DNA from: the human T2T-CHM13v2.0 reference genome, Homo sapiens
Strand: one strand, 5' to 3'
Assembly: GCF_009914755.1 (NCBI RefSeq)
Contig: NC_060947.1
Length of the DNA: 64,000 nucleotides
The translations under genes and the position numbers were made by a program. Below, in pieces: positions 45,239-60,042 of the stretch (the stretch's first letter is position 1; every line of letters begins with the position of its first letter). The notes under the pieces were generated by a model, which was not told the DNA's origin, ran no database searches, and was given only the letters and a program-made list of their open reading frames with translations.

Positions 45239-47475
45239 AACTATGTGAAATAATGCAAATTTGAATTAGCGAGATTTAATCATTTAACAATGTATATATG
45301 CTACTTCAAATAAGTACATCTTTGAGGTTTTTGTTTGTTGTTTTTAACTTTTAGTGTCGGGGTACATGTGCAAGTTTTTTATATAGTCAAATTCCATGTT
45401 ACTCAACAGTTAGTTTTTTCATTCACACTCTTTCTACCCTCCACCCACAAGTAAGCCCTGGTATCTATTCCCTTCTTTTTGTCCATGTGTACTCAAGGTT
45501 TAGCTCTTATTTATAAATGAGAATATGTGATATTTGCTTTTCTGTTTCTGTGTTAGTTTGCTTAGGATAATAAACTCCAGCACCATCAACATTGTTGCAC
45601 AGGACATGATCTCAATCTTTTTTATGACTGCATGGTATTCCATGGTATATATGTACCACATTTCCTTTTTTCCAGTCTACCACTGATGGACATTTAGGTT
45701 GATTCTACGTATTTGCTATTGTGAATACTGCTGCAATTAACATATGTGTGCATGTGTCTTTATGGTAGAACAATTTATATTCCTTTGGGATACCCAATAA
45801 TACCCAATAATGAGATGGCTGGGACAAATGTGAGTTCTAAGTTTTTTGAGAAATCACCAAACTGCTTTCAACAGTGGCTGAATTAATTTACAGTCCCACA
45901 AGCAGTGTAAAATGTTACCTTTTCTCTGCAACCTTGCAAGCATCTGTTATTTTTTGACTTTTTAGTAATAGCCATTCTGATTGGTGTGAGATAATATCTC
46001 ATTATGGTTTTAATTTGCATTTCTCTAATGATTGTTGATGTTAATCATTTTTTATATGTTTATTGGCTGCAGGTATGTCTTCTTTTGAGAAGCATCTGTT
46101 TATGTCCTTTGCCCACTTTTTAATGTGATTGTTTATTGCTTGATAATTTATTTAATTTCTTATAAATTCTAAATATTAGACCTTTGTCAGGTGTTTAGTT
46201 TGCAAATATTTTTACCTATTCTGTGTGTTGACTGTTTACTCTGTCAATAGCTTCTTTTGCTGCACAGAAGAAACTATTGACAGAGTAAACAGTCAATGCA
46301 CAGAAGCTCTTTGGTTAAATTAGGTCCCATTTGTCAGTTTTTGTTTTTGTTATAATTGCTTTAGGTATCTTCATCATGAAATCTTTGCCAGAGCTTAAGT
46401 CCAGATTGGTATTTTCTAGGTTTTCTTCAAGAGTTTTTATAATTTTACGTTTTACATTTAAGACATTAATCCATCATGAGTTGAATTCTGTATATGATGT
46501 AAAGAAGGAGTCCAGTTTCAATCTTCTGCATATGGCTAACCAATCATCCCAGCACTCTTTATTGAATGGGGAGTCCTTTCCTCATGGCTTGCTTCTGTCA
46601 ATGTTGTCAAAGATCAGATGGTTTTACAGGTGTCACTTTATTTCTGGCCTCTGTAACCTGTTGCATTGGTTCCTGTGTCTCTTTTTGTACCAGTACCATG
46701 CTGTTTTGTTTACTGCAGCCTTGTAGTATAGTTTAAAGTCAGTTAATGTGATGCTTCCTGCTTTGTTCTTTTTGCTTACAATAGCTGTGGCTACTTGGGC
46801 TCCTTTTTAGTTTCACATGAATTTTAGAATAATTTTGTTTTTAATTCAGTGAAGAATGTCATTGGTAGTTTGATAGAAATGGCATTGAATCTGTAAATTT
46901 CTTTGGGTAGTGTGGCCATTTTTACAACATTGATTCTTCCTATCCTAAACATGGGAATGTTTTTCCATTTGTTTGTATCCTTTATTTTTTTCAGATTTTT
47001 TTGTAATTGTTTTATAGAGATCTTTCACCTCCCTGGTTAGCTGTATTTCTAGATATTTTATGCTTTCTGTGGTTAATGTGAATGGGATTGTATTCTTGAT
47101 TTTGCCCTCAGCTAGGAGGTTGTCAGAGGTATAGAGTCACAAAGTCTACAAAAAGAGAGTTTGACTTTCTCTCTTCCTATTTGGATGCCTTTTATTTCTT
47201 TTTCTTGCCTGATTGCTCTGGCTAGGACTTCCAGTATTTTGCTCTGGCTAGGACTTCCAGTATTATGTTGAATAGGAGTGGTGAAGGTGGGCATCCTTGT
47301 TGTGTTCCAATTCTCAAGAGTGATATTTCCAACTTTTTCCCATTTAGTATGATGTTGGCTGTGGGTTCGTCATAGATGGCTCTTATTATTTAGAGGTATG
47401 TTTTTACAATACCTAGTTTGTTGAGGGTTTTAAACATGAGGTGATGCTGAATTTTATTGAAAGCCCTTTCAGCAT

Positions 47476-49730
47476 TGATATGGTTTGGCTTTGTCCCCAC
47501 CAAAATTTCAGCTTGAATTGTAGCTTCAATAATCCCCACCTGTCATAGGAGGGTCTCCGTGGTAGGTAATTGAGTCATGGGGGTGGTTACCCTCATGCTG
47601 CTCTTCTTGTGATAGTAAGTGATTTCTCACGAGATCTGATGGTTTTATAAGGGAATTTTCTCCCTTTTGCTCAGCACTTCTCCTTTCTGCCATCACATGA
47701 AGAAGGATGTGTTTGCTTCCCCTTCTGCCATGATTGTAAGTTTCCTGAGTCCTCCCCAGCCATGCAGAACTGTGAGTCAATTAAACCTTTTTTCTTTATA
47801 ACTTACCCAGTCTTGGACAGTTCTTAATAGCAGCATGAGAATGAATTAATATAGTAAATTGGCACCAAGTAATGTAGTGCTGCTGTAAAGATACCCAAAA
47901 ATGTGAAAATTACTTTGGAACTGGGTACCAGGCAGAGGTTGGAACAGTTTGGAAAGCTCAGAAGAAAACAGGAAGGTATGGAAAAGTTTGAAACTTTCTA
48001 AAGACTTGTTGGATGGCTTTGACCAAGATGCTGATAGTGATATGCACAAGGAAGTCGCCCTGGCTGAGGTGGTCTCAGATGGAGATGAGATGAGGAATTT
48101 TATTCCAGTCTTGGGAACTGGAATAAAATTGACTCTTGCTATGTTTTAGCAAAGAGACTGGTGGCATTTTGCCCCTGCCCTAGAGATCTGTGGAAACTTG
48201 AACTTGAGAGAGATGACTTAGGGTATCTAATGGAAGAAATGTTTAGGCAGCAAACTGTTCAAGAGGTGACTTGCGTGCTGTTAAATGCATTCAGTTTTAT
48301 GTATTCACAGAGATACAGTTTCTAATTGGAACTTATGTTTAAAAAGAAAGCAGAGCATACAAGTTTGAAAAATTTGCAGCCTGATGATATGATAGAAAAG
48401 AAAAACCCATTTTCTGGGGAGAAATTTAAGCCAGCTGCAGAAATTTACATAAGCAATAAAAAGCCAAATGTTAATCACCAAGACAAAGGGGAAAATATCT
48501 CCAGGGCATGTCAGAATTCTTCATAGCAGCCCCTCCCATTACAGGCCCAGAGGTCCAAAAGAAAAAAAAATGGTTTCATGGGCCAGGCCCAGGGTGTTGC
48601 TGCTTTGTGCAGCCTTGGGACTTGGCGCCTTGCATCCCAGCTGTGGCTAAAAGGGGCCAAGGTACAGCTTGGGCTGTGGCTTAAGAGAGTGCAAGCTTCA
48701 AGCCTTGGAAACTTCCACATGGCATTCAGCCTGTGGTGCACAGAAGTTAAGAATTGAGGTTTGGGAACCTCCACCTCGATTTCAAAGGATATATGGAAAT
48801 CTCTGGAAGTCCAGGCAGAATTTTGCTGCAGGGATGGAGTCCTCATTGAGAATCTCTACTACAGCAGTGCAAAAAGGAAATGTGGAGTTGGAGCCCCCAC
48901 ACAGAGTCCCCACTGGGGCACTGCCTTGTGGAGCTGTGAGAAGAAAGCCCCCATCCTCCAGACTCCTGAATTGTAGATCTACCAACAGTTTTCACCATGC
49001 ACTTGGAAAAGCCACAGACACTTAATGCCACCCCATGAAAGCAGCTTGGAGGGGGGCTGTACCCTGCATAGCCACAGGGGCAGAGTTGCCCAAGACCATG
49101 GGAACCCATCTCTTGCATCAGTGTGACCTGCATGTGAGACATGGAGTCAAAGGAGATCATTTAGGAGCTTTAAGATTTGACTGCCTCACACAATTTCAGA
49201 CTTGCATGGGGCCTATAGCCTCTTCATTTTGGCCAATTTCTCCCATTTGGAATGGATGCATTTACCCAATGTCTGTAACCCCATTGTATCTAGGAAGTAA
49301 CTAACTTGCTGATTTTACAGGTTCATAGGTGGAAGGGACTTGCTTTCTCTCAGATGCGACTGGACTGTGGACTTCTGAGTTAGGGGCCAGAGGTGAAATG
49401 ATATGATTTGGCTGTGTCTCCACCCAAATCTCATCTTGAATTGTAGGTCCCATAATCCCCATGTGTTGCAGGAGGGACCCAGTGGGAGGTAATTGAATTA
49501 TGTGAGTGGTTACTCTCATGCTGCTGTTCTTGTGATAGTGAGTGAGTTCCCATGAGATCTGATGGTTTTATAAGGGACTTTTCTCCCTTTTGCTTGGCAC
49601 TTCTCCTTCCTGCCATTATGTGAAGAAGGACATATTTTCTTCCCATTCCACCATGATTGCAAGTTTCCTGAGGCCCCCCAGCCATGCAGAACTGTGAGTC
49701 AATTAAACCTCTTTCCTTTATAAATTACCC
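47476..49730 (+). mobile_element. THE1D (MaLR): LTR 47476-47853, internal 47854-49398, truncated LTR 49399-49730
   Basis: Both LTRs start tgatatg(g/a)tttggct; the internal region has ggcagaggttggaacagtttgg and gagcccccacacagagtccccactgggg. Confidence 0.93.
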
Positions 49731-51329
49731 TTTATTGAGATTATCATTTTTTTAAGTTCTTTTTATGTGATGAATCACACTTATTGATTTGCTTATGTAG
49801 AAACAACCTTGCATCCTAGGAATAAAGGCTACTTAATCGAGCTGATTTAGCTTTTGATGTACTGCTGGATTTGGTTAGCTAATATTTTGTTGAGGATATT
49901 TGCATCTATATTCATCAGTGATATTGTACTAAAGTTTCCTTTTCTTTTGGCTCTGCCAGATTTTGGTATCAGAATGATGCTGACCTCATAAAATGAGTTA
50001 GAAATGAGTCCCTCCACTTGTTTTTTGAATAATTTTAGTAGAAATGATACCGACTCTTCTTTATATATCTAGTAGAGTTTAGCTGAGCATCCATGTGGTC
50101 CTGGGCTTTTTCTTATTGGTAGGCTTTTTATTACTGGTCCAATTTTGGAACTCATTGGATATCTTGAACCTCTGTTCAGGGTATCAATTTCTTCCTGGTT
50201 CAATCTTGAGTGGTTGTATGTTTTCAGAAATGTATCTGCTTTTTGTAGGTTTTCTGGTTTGTGTGCATAGAGGTGTTAATAATAGTCTCAGAGGGTGTTT
50301 CATAATTCTGTGGGATTAGTGGTAATGTCCTCCTTGTCATTTCTGATTGTTTATTTGAATCTTCTCTCTTTTTTGGTTTATTAGTCCAGCTTGCAGTTCA
50401 TCAATCTTATTTATTCTTTCAAAAGACAAACTTTGGGTTTTGCTGATGTTTTGAAAAGCTTCTCACATCTCAGTTTCATTCAGTTCAGTTCTAATATTAG
50501 TTATTTCTTGCCTTCTGTTATCTTTGGGTGTTGGTTTACTCTTGTTTCTCTAGTTTCTCTAGGTGTGATGTTAGGTTGTTAACTTGATATCTTTTTACCT
50601 TTTTAACGTAGGCATTTTGTGCTATAAACTTTCCTCTTAACATTGCTTTAGTTGTGACCCAGAGATTCTGGTATGTTTTATTTTTGTTTTCACCAGTTTC
50701 ACATAATTTATTGACATCTGCCTTAATTTCATTGTTTACCCAAAAGTCATTCAGAAGTAGGTTGTTTAATTTCCACGTAATGTATGGTTTTGAGCAATCT
50801 ATTTAGTCTGCTTCTATTTTTACTCTGCTGTGGTCTGAGAGTGTGGTTGGTATGATTTTAGTTTTTTTTTAATTTGCTGATAATTTTTTATCACTGATTG
50901 TTTGGTGAACTTTAGAGTATGTGTGCTGTGCAGATGAGAAGAATGTATATCCTGTTGTTTTGGGGTGGAGAGATCTGCGCATGTCTGTTAGGTCCATTTT
51001 GCCAAGTCTTGAGTTCAGGTCCCAAATATTTTTTAGTTTTCAGCCTGAATGATTTGTCTAGTATTGTCAGTGGGGTATTAAAGTCTCCCACTATTATTGT
51101 GTGGTTATCTAAACCTCTTCATAGGTCTCTAAAAATTGCTTCATGAATCTGGGTGATCCTGGGTTGGGTGCATACATATTTAGGATAGTTAAGTCTTCTT
51201 GTTGAATTGAGCCCTTTACTATTATGTGATGCCCTTCTTTGTCTTTTATGTCCATTTTGGTTTAAAATATGTTTTGTCTGAAATAAGAATAACAATCCCT
51301 GCTTTTTTCTGTATTCCATTTGCTTGGTA

Positions 51330-51366
51330 GTTTGTTTGTTTGTTTGTTTGTTTGTTTGTTTGTTTT
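51330..51366. repeat. (GTTT)n microsatellite inside L1 ORF2
   Basis: About nine gttt units. Confidence 0.9.
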
Positions 51367-54178
51367 TACCATTCCTTTTCTTTGAGCCCATGGGTGTCAT
51401 TGCATGTGTGATGGATCTCTTGAGGACAGCATACATTTAGGTCTTGCTTCCTTATTCAACTTGCCACTCTGTCTTTTAATTGGGATGTTTAGTGCATTTA
51501 CATTCAAGGTTAATATTGATATGTGTGGATTCGATCCTGCCATTGAGTTTTTAGCTGGTTATTATGCAGACTTCATTGTGTAGTTGCTTTATAATGTCAA
51601 TGGTCTATGCACTAAACTCTGTTTTTGTGGTGGCCAGTAAGTCTTTCCTTTCCATATTTAGCACTCTATTTAGGACCTTTTGTAAGGTAGTCCTGGTGGT
51701 AACAAATTTCTTCAGCATTTGCTTCTCTATAAAGGATCTTATTTCTCATTCACTTAGGAAGCTTAGTTTGACTTGATATAAAATTCCTAGTTGGAGTTTC
51801 TTTTCTTTAAGAATGCTAGCTGCCTTTATTTTTTTTTCTTTCATGTTGATCTTTAAATATCTGATGACTATGTTTTTTGGGTATGGTTGTCTTGTATAGT
51901 ATCTCACAGGAGTTCTGTGCATTTCCTGAATCTAAATGTCTGCCTCTCTAGTGAGGCTGAGAAAATTTTTATGAACGATATCCTCAAACATGTTTTCCAA
52001 GTTGCCTGCTTTCTCTCTCTCTTTCAGGGATACTAATGCATCATAGATTTGGTGTCTTTACATAATCCCGTATTTCTGTTTTTTCATTCTTTTTAATCTT
52101 TTTTTCTTCATTTTTGTCTGAGTTAATTGATAGAGCCAGTCTTCAAGCACTGAGATTCTTTCCTCAGCTTGGTCTATTATTCTGCTAATACTTGCAATTG
52201 TATTATAACATTATTGTAGTGGATTTTTTAGCTCTAACTGATCAGTTTTGTTTTTTCTTAAAATGGCCATTGCATCTTTCAGCTCCTGTGTTGTTTTATT
52301 GTATTCCTTATATTCCTTGGATTGGGCTTTGACTTTCTCTTGTATGTTGATCATCTTTGCTCCTATCCATATTCTGAATCTTATGTCTGTCATTTCAGCC
52401 TGGTTAAGAACCGTTGCTGGGAAGTAGCACAGTCATTTGTAGTTAAGAATATACTCTGGCTTTTTGAGTTGCCAGGTTTCTTGCTCTGGTTTTTTCTCAT
52501 CTGTGTGAACTGATTTATTTTTTCACTTTTGAAAGTGCTCTCCTTTGGATATAATTTTTTGCTTTTATCTTTTTTGATGTCCTTGGTGGTTTGATTGTGG
52601 TATAAGGTAGGTTCAGTTGACTGGCTTCTATTGTGAGAGATTTCAGGAAGTCAAATCTCAGCTCAGCACTCCTGGGTTGCATGCTGTAACTGTTGGGCAC
52701 TGATACCAGGCCTCTAGCTTTGTTATCTGGCTCCATGGGAGAGAACTGTGTTAGGAACCTGCTGTGCTGGAAGGGCCAAGATCTTCCTGGTCTGCTGGCC
52801 CAACACTTGAATGGAGAATGAAAGCCAATGTGCTTCTTGGAGACAGTGGCAGTGAGATCTGCAACTTTCTCATGCATACCAGCAGCCACAGTGGCATGTG
52901 GGAGTGCACATGTGCCAACTGGGACTAGGCACCAGTGGGAGCAGGCCAGTGATGTTCATGTACGTTTTTGCACTGGCAGCATGGCAAAATGTCTGCCTGT
53001 TGGCAGTGGTGTGGCATAAGTGGGAGCGGGGTAGTGGCGGGGCACCACTGTCCATGCACACATTTGTGCTCGTGGTGGCAACAGTGCAGTGAGACCAGAG
53101 TGCTTGTTGGTGTGGGGGCACGGGCATACATGGAGGTACTCACACTGGCGGTGGTGGCATGGCAGAAGTGGGGTTCTGTTGTGAGTGGGGTTCCGGTGTT
53201 TGTAAATGCACTTGCAGTAGCATCAGTAGTGGTGTGACAGGCTGCCTGTGCCTCAGCAGGGACAGATTGCCACTGGGGGTAAGGAGGATGGTGAGTTGTG
53301 CTCACTCCTATGCAGTGGGGTGGCAGGGTGCATGCATACACATGCACCATTGAGGTAGGGGAAGCAAGGTCTGCCCACATGCACATTCCAGCAAAGTGGT
53401 TGGTGGATAGTGCCATCGGTGAGTGTGTGATGTCTAAGTGGCAGAAGAGGCTATAATGGAAGGCTGCAGGTGGGCTGGTTGCATCAGGAGGGGCCAGTCT
53501 GCTGGATCTCTGACAGTTATGTGCAGTATGTTGGTGAAAGAGGTATGATGAGGGCCCCCAGGAAGCACCCTGGTTGGGCATCCAAGACTGTGCTGCAAGA
53601 AGGTTGTAGCACAGGCTGGGGTCCCAAGAGAGGCTGGCAGATGGGAGCTGCTTAGATCAGACTTGCCCCATCCCATGAGCAAGACTGCCCTGCTCTGTTC
53701 CGGTCTAACAGTCAACCTAAATCTGAAGTCTCAAAGTGAAGCATGGTGAGCCTTGGGTGATGGGTGTCCCTGGCCATGCTGCACTGCAGCTTTTCTTGTG
53801 CCAAATTCTCATGGCTCTGCATAGGCTGGATTCTTGCCCCTGCCACCTCTTTAAGAAGCTCCCACTTTCATTCCAAGTGCCTAGGGGTGTGGATTCTCCT
53901 GATTCTGGAGAATTTAAGATTCTGGAGGTCCATGGTGAGAGTGGGACACTTCTTGCCTGTTCAACTCACTTCTTCCCCAGGAGTCACTGGGGGCCAGGAG
54001 CAGCTCCTGATGCTCAGCAGCCCCATGCAGAGTTCCAAGATTTCTTCCCCTTCAGTTAAGTGTCTGCATCCTTCCTCCATTCACTCTCAACGCTTTCCCT
54101 CTGAAGATCTGCTCAGAGTATGCTAGTGTTCCTGAAGTCACAGTCTCGCAGTGGAACATGTTTCTCCTGGCTGCATCA

Positions 54179-54189
54179 GCCATCTTGGC
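54179..54189 (-). promoter_or_regulatory. YY1 site at the L1 5' terminus
   Basis: gccatcttggc = GCCAAGATGGC, the conserved L1 5' YY1 motif. Confidence 0.7.
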
Positions 54190-55997
54190 TTTGTCTCATG
54201 AATAAATATTTCAAGTACACAATAATTACATGAAATTTTATCTGTCAATTTGAAATAAACAAATACATAAGTTTGAGTGGAAAGTAAATAAGTTAAAATT
54301 AAAATTAAAGAAATATATTTGTCCCTATATACTAATTCTTATTACTAACCTTCTTCTCTTTTCTCATCCCCCACTTTGTTATAATAAAAATTACTCTATC
54401 ATTCAAAGTAGGTTTAGATTGCTAATGTTTCCTTTTCTACATATGCCTATGCATAGGAAATTTCTAATGTCCATAAGTAATATTTATGCAAATAAATCAA
54501 TTCAGGTAACCATCATAATTCTCTGTATATAGGTATGTACACATACATACATACATATATATACACATGCACACATATATATGGTATTTCACACCCTTTA
54601 TATTATTTGATTTTATCTAGAGACTGAATATTAAATTATAGATAACATTAACAGACAACAATAACTCACTAGAATATGCAGGCTTTTACTTTCTTAACAA
54701 TCCCTTTAGTCTCATGTGGGTACTCAAGACTGTTGTAAAGATGTAATGAGAAGATATAATGTTACTTTGAAAAGTATAGAATAATATACCAATCTGAGGG
54801 GTTGTTATGATTATGTTATAATAACTGATTATCAATTATTTTGCTGATTATAAGTGAATATGATTGATTTTGGTTATGATAATGTTTGGGGTATAATTAA
54901 ATATATGATTATTGTTATCATCAAGATTATTCTTGAAAGTGGTTTAATAAATCATAATTTGTTTAAATATTTTTATTGCACTACCAAAAATAATCTTTCT
55001 AGCTAACTCTATCTTTAGGTTATAGTTTTTCAATGAGCTTATATTTTAAAAGGTTGATGCTGCTATAAATAAGAAAAGCTTATGTCAGTCCCATATAATC
55101 CATAATCTCCTATCACAACTCACACATAAAAACACACATGCAAACATTTACACATGCAATAAGCCCTGTTTTAGACTAAATCTTATAGGTTTTATGTATG
55201 AAAAGATACCCTTGGAACTTCCCTCCCAAGCAAAAAACATCCATGGTGGGAAAGGAAGCTGCTTTCAACCACCAAACAAACTGTCTGCAATTCCGTGGCT
55301 GCAGACTTATGCTTGTCACCAACTGTCTGAAAGATATTTGTCTCTTTCCACTGGCAAACTTGGACTTTTTGGTCTAGTACTTCTCATTAGCTCTCTGGAA
55401 GGTGTAAAGGCACCAATAGTGGAGATAGAAGGTCTTCTAGCAGAATAGGAGACTTCAATGTCTATTTAGAGAAATTGACAATTCGTTTTTTAAAAAGACC
55501 CCAGAGGCCTAGGGAGGAGCCCCGTCAATTTGTGGGGAGATAATGACTATTGGAGCGGAGACCTCCCAACAACCTGAGGAGAGAATTTACCTGTCTGGGG
55601 AAATGGCAATTTTCTGCCTAGTGGAAGACGCCACCAGCTTGAATATATAACCACCCTCCCAGGGTAAAAAATGAACCAATTGGAAGAGGTCACTTGCCTA
55701 CTAGACAAAAAACTTCACTTTCCCAAGGGGGCGGGATTCCATGTTCAATATCTAAGAATCTAATTGCTGAAAGATAATATATACAGACTGAGAGAGAAAA
55801 CCAAAAAACTGCAGAAGAAAACCTGGCTAAAAGGAAAAGTATATATAGAATTTAAGCTGGAAGACTTGCTGTTAAGGGATAGAAAGAGCAGTAGTTGGGG
55901 AAGATAACTCCTCTGGTAGAGAAGAGAGGACAGCATTTGCAGGAAAGATCTACTTACATGGGAAGAAAAACTGCAGGCTACAATAGAAGGTCCATCA

Positions 55998-57218
55998 AAG
56001 CTGAAACTGGATCCCTTCCTTACACCTTATACTAAAATTAACTCAGATGGATTAAAGACTTAAACATAAGACCTAAAACCATAAAAACCGTAGAAGAAAA
56101 CCTAGGTAATACCATTCAGGACATAGGCATGGGCAATGACTTTATGGCTAAAACACCAAAAGCAATGGTAGCAAAAGCCAAAATAGACAAATGGGATCTG
56201 ATTAAACTAAATAGCTTCTGCACAGCAAAAGAAACTATCATCAGAGGCAACAGGCAGCCTGCAGAATGGGAGAAAATTTTTGCAGTCTATCCATCTGACA
56301 AAGGGCTAATGTCCAGAATCTACAAGAAACTTACACAAATTTACAAGAAAAAAACAAACAACCCCATCAAAAAGTGGATGAAGGATATGAACAGACACTT
56401 CTCAAAAGAAGACATTTATGCAGCTAACAAACATGTGAAGAAAAGTTCATTATCACTGCATCACTGATCATTAGAGAAATGCAAATCAAAACTACAATGA
56501 GATACCATCTCATGCCAGTTAGAATGGCGATCAATAAAAAGTCAGGAAACAACAGATGCTGGAGAGGATGTGGAGAAATAGGAACACTTTTACATTCTTG
56601 GTAGGAGTGTAAATCAGTTCAACCGTTGTGGAAGACAGTGTGGCAATTCCTCAAGTATCTAGAACTGGAAATACCATTTGACCCAGCAATCCCATTACTG
56701 GGTATGTACTCAAAGGATTACAAATCATTCTACTATAAAGCCACGTGCACACATATATTTATTATGACACTGCTCACAATACAAAGACTTGGAACCAACC
56801 CAAATGCCCATCAATGATAGACTGGATAAAGAAAATGTGGCACATATACGCCATGGAATACTATGCAGCCATAAAAAAGGATGAGTTCATGTCCTTTGCA
56901 GGGACATGGATGAAGCTGGGAACCATCATTCCCAGCAAACTAACACAAGAACAGAAAACCAAACACTGCATATTCTCACTCAGAAGTGCGAGGTGAACAA
57001 TGAGAACACATGAATGCAGAGAGGGGAACAACACACACTGGGGCCTGTCGGGGGGTGGGAGGCTAGGGTAGGGATAGCATTAGGAGAAATATCTAATGTA
57101 GATGACGGGTTGATGGGTGCAGCAAACCACCATGGCGCTTGTATACCTATGTAACAAACCTTCGTGCTCTGCACATGTACCCCAGAACTTAAAGTATAAT
57201 AATAATAATAATAATTAA
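55998..57218 (+). mobile_element. L1PA7-like 5'-truncated insertion (1.2 kb) with a (TAA)n tail
   Basis: aaagctgaaactggatccc...aactaacacaagaacag...gtagatgacgggttgatgggtgcagc...taaagtataataataat. Confidence 0.92.
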
Positions 57219-58521
57219 AGAAAAGTCCCTGGCTTGGGGACAGGGCCAGTCTTCAATCTCAAAATAATGCAGTCTACCATCTTCAAGGGTTTACTGTATT
57301 TGAGGCTATATTGTAACTATGTTATAAGTAGTATATTATGAGACTCTATTATAGGCACCCGGAGCCTGCAGTTACCCAAAGGCTCCAGCCACCCACTTTA
57401 AGACTTCTCCACTATAGTTTCTAGAGCTCTCCAGAGAGAAGCTGCAGGTAATATCCCCAAACTCCTACTAACTGTTTATACATGGAAACTCTAGGTTGGT
57501 AGAAAGCACAGGCCTAAACTTTTCCAGTGTTCAGAGGATACTGGACTACTGCTTCCAGTGGAACTACTGGTACAGCTGCTCAGGACACCTAGAGTAAATG
57601 CCAGCATTTTTTTCTTGAAAAAAATGTTGTATAAAATTCTCACAGATCTACCTAGAACTGTTTTATCTCCCCACTCAAAATTGATCTGATACCCTAAAGC
57701 CTCTCTGCTAAGTCTCATCTTCTCTGACTGCTCATGAGTAAGTATAGAACTTGAAATAAGTGTTGTCTGATTTCAGAGACTCCATCTGCACTACAATAAA
57801 AGATAATATGTAAAGCTACAAATGAGGTTTCTTTTGCTTCCCTTTCTATATTACTTTAAAAAAAATTGTCTTACCTCACATGTAAGGGCTCTGGAGATTA
57901 AAAGGACAGAGTCCTCCAACTAGTTACTCTCATCTCAGATAGGACAAGTTAGAGTCCTACACATTGGCCTACAGGGTGACAGATATTTTCTTCAGATTTG
58001 CATGAGTACTTAAAAAAAACTCAGCAGCTAAATATAGGACATGACCAGGACTTTGGGACTATCAAAAATTGAGAAAAGAAAAACTACTTATAGTTGCTTT
58101 GCTTTGCTCCATTTTCTCATATCTCAGGTTATCTTTCATGATTTAACACTTGAGATATCCCACCAGTTCCCAGAAAAAATTGATGCCCAGCATCTCAGAC
58201 AGTAGATTGATTATACTGTAAAGGAACTTGATTTTCCTCACTCCTGCCATTAATGTAAGGCCAATACTAGTAAAAAGGGGTAAAAGAAGATTATTTTGTA
58301 ATTTGTTTACAGATAAATAGCAAGAGGCAGAGTGTGAATTTAACTTGGAGGCTATTGTGGTTCTACTGAAGAGACAGTTGCACACTTATTTTTCATGTAT
58401 TGTTATATTTTATTTTAATGTTGGTATATTTTATTTATCTGTTTCAGATATTTAGATATAAACCTGGGGGACATTTTTAATAAAAATGTTCACAGCAGAT
58501 TTGCACCTTCTTCACTAATTG

Positions 58522-60042
<1,521 letters not shown>

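Larger units (their letters stand above)
45325..54190 (-). mobile_element. Full-length old primate L1 (L1PA15/16-like) interrupted by THE1D
   Basis: 3' end ggggtacatgtgcaag; ORF2 and ORF1 remnants; GC-rich repetitive 5'UTR ending gccatcttggct (minus strand AGCCAAGATGGC). Confidence 0.88.

Noticed and set aside
48326-49304. ORFs in the THE1 internal region
   Set aside because: These are broken pieces of the known degenerate MaLR internal ORF.
52925-53581. 218-aa ORF in the L1 5'UTR
   Set aside because: Low-complexity Thr/Pro/Ala/His translation of a GC-rich repetitive tract poor in stop codons.
55760-55910. Coiled-coil-looking peptide LLKDNIYRLREKTKKLQKK
   Set aside because: Short, bounded by stops, with no family I recognise. 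The A-rich composition explains the Lys/Glu bias.
57050-57073. G-quadruplex motif
   Set aside because: A standard G-rich tract of L1PA 3'UTRs.
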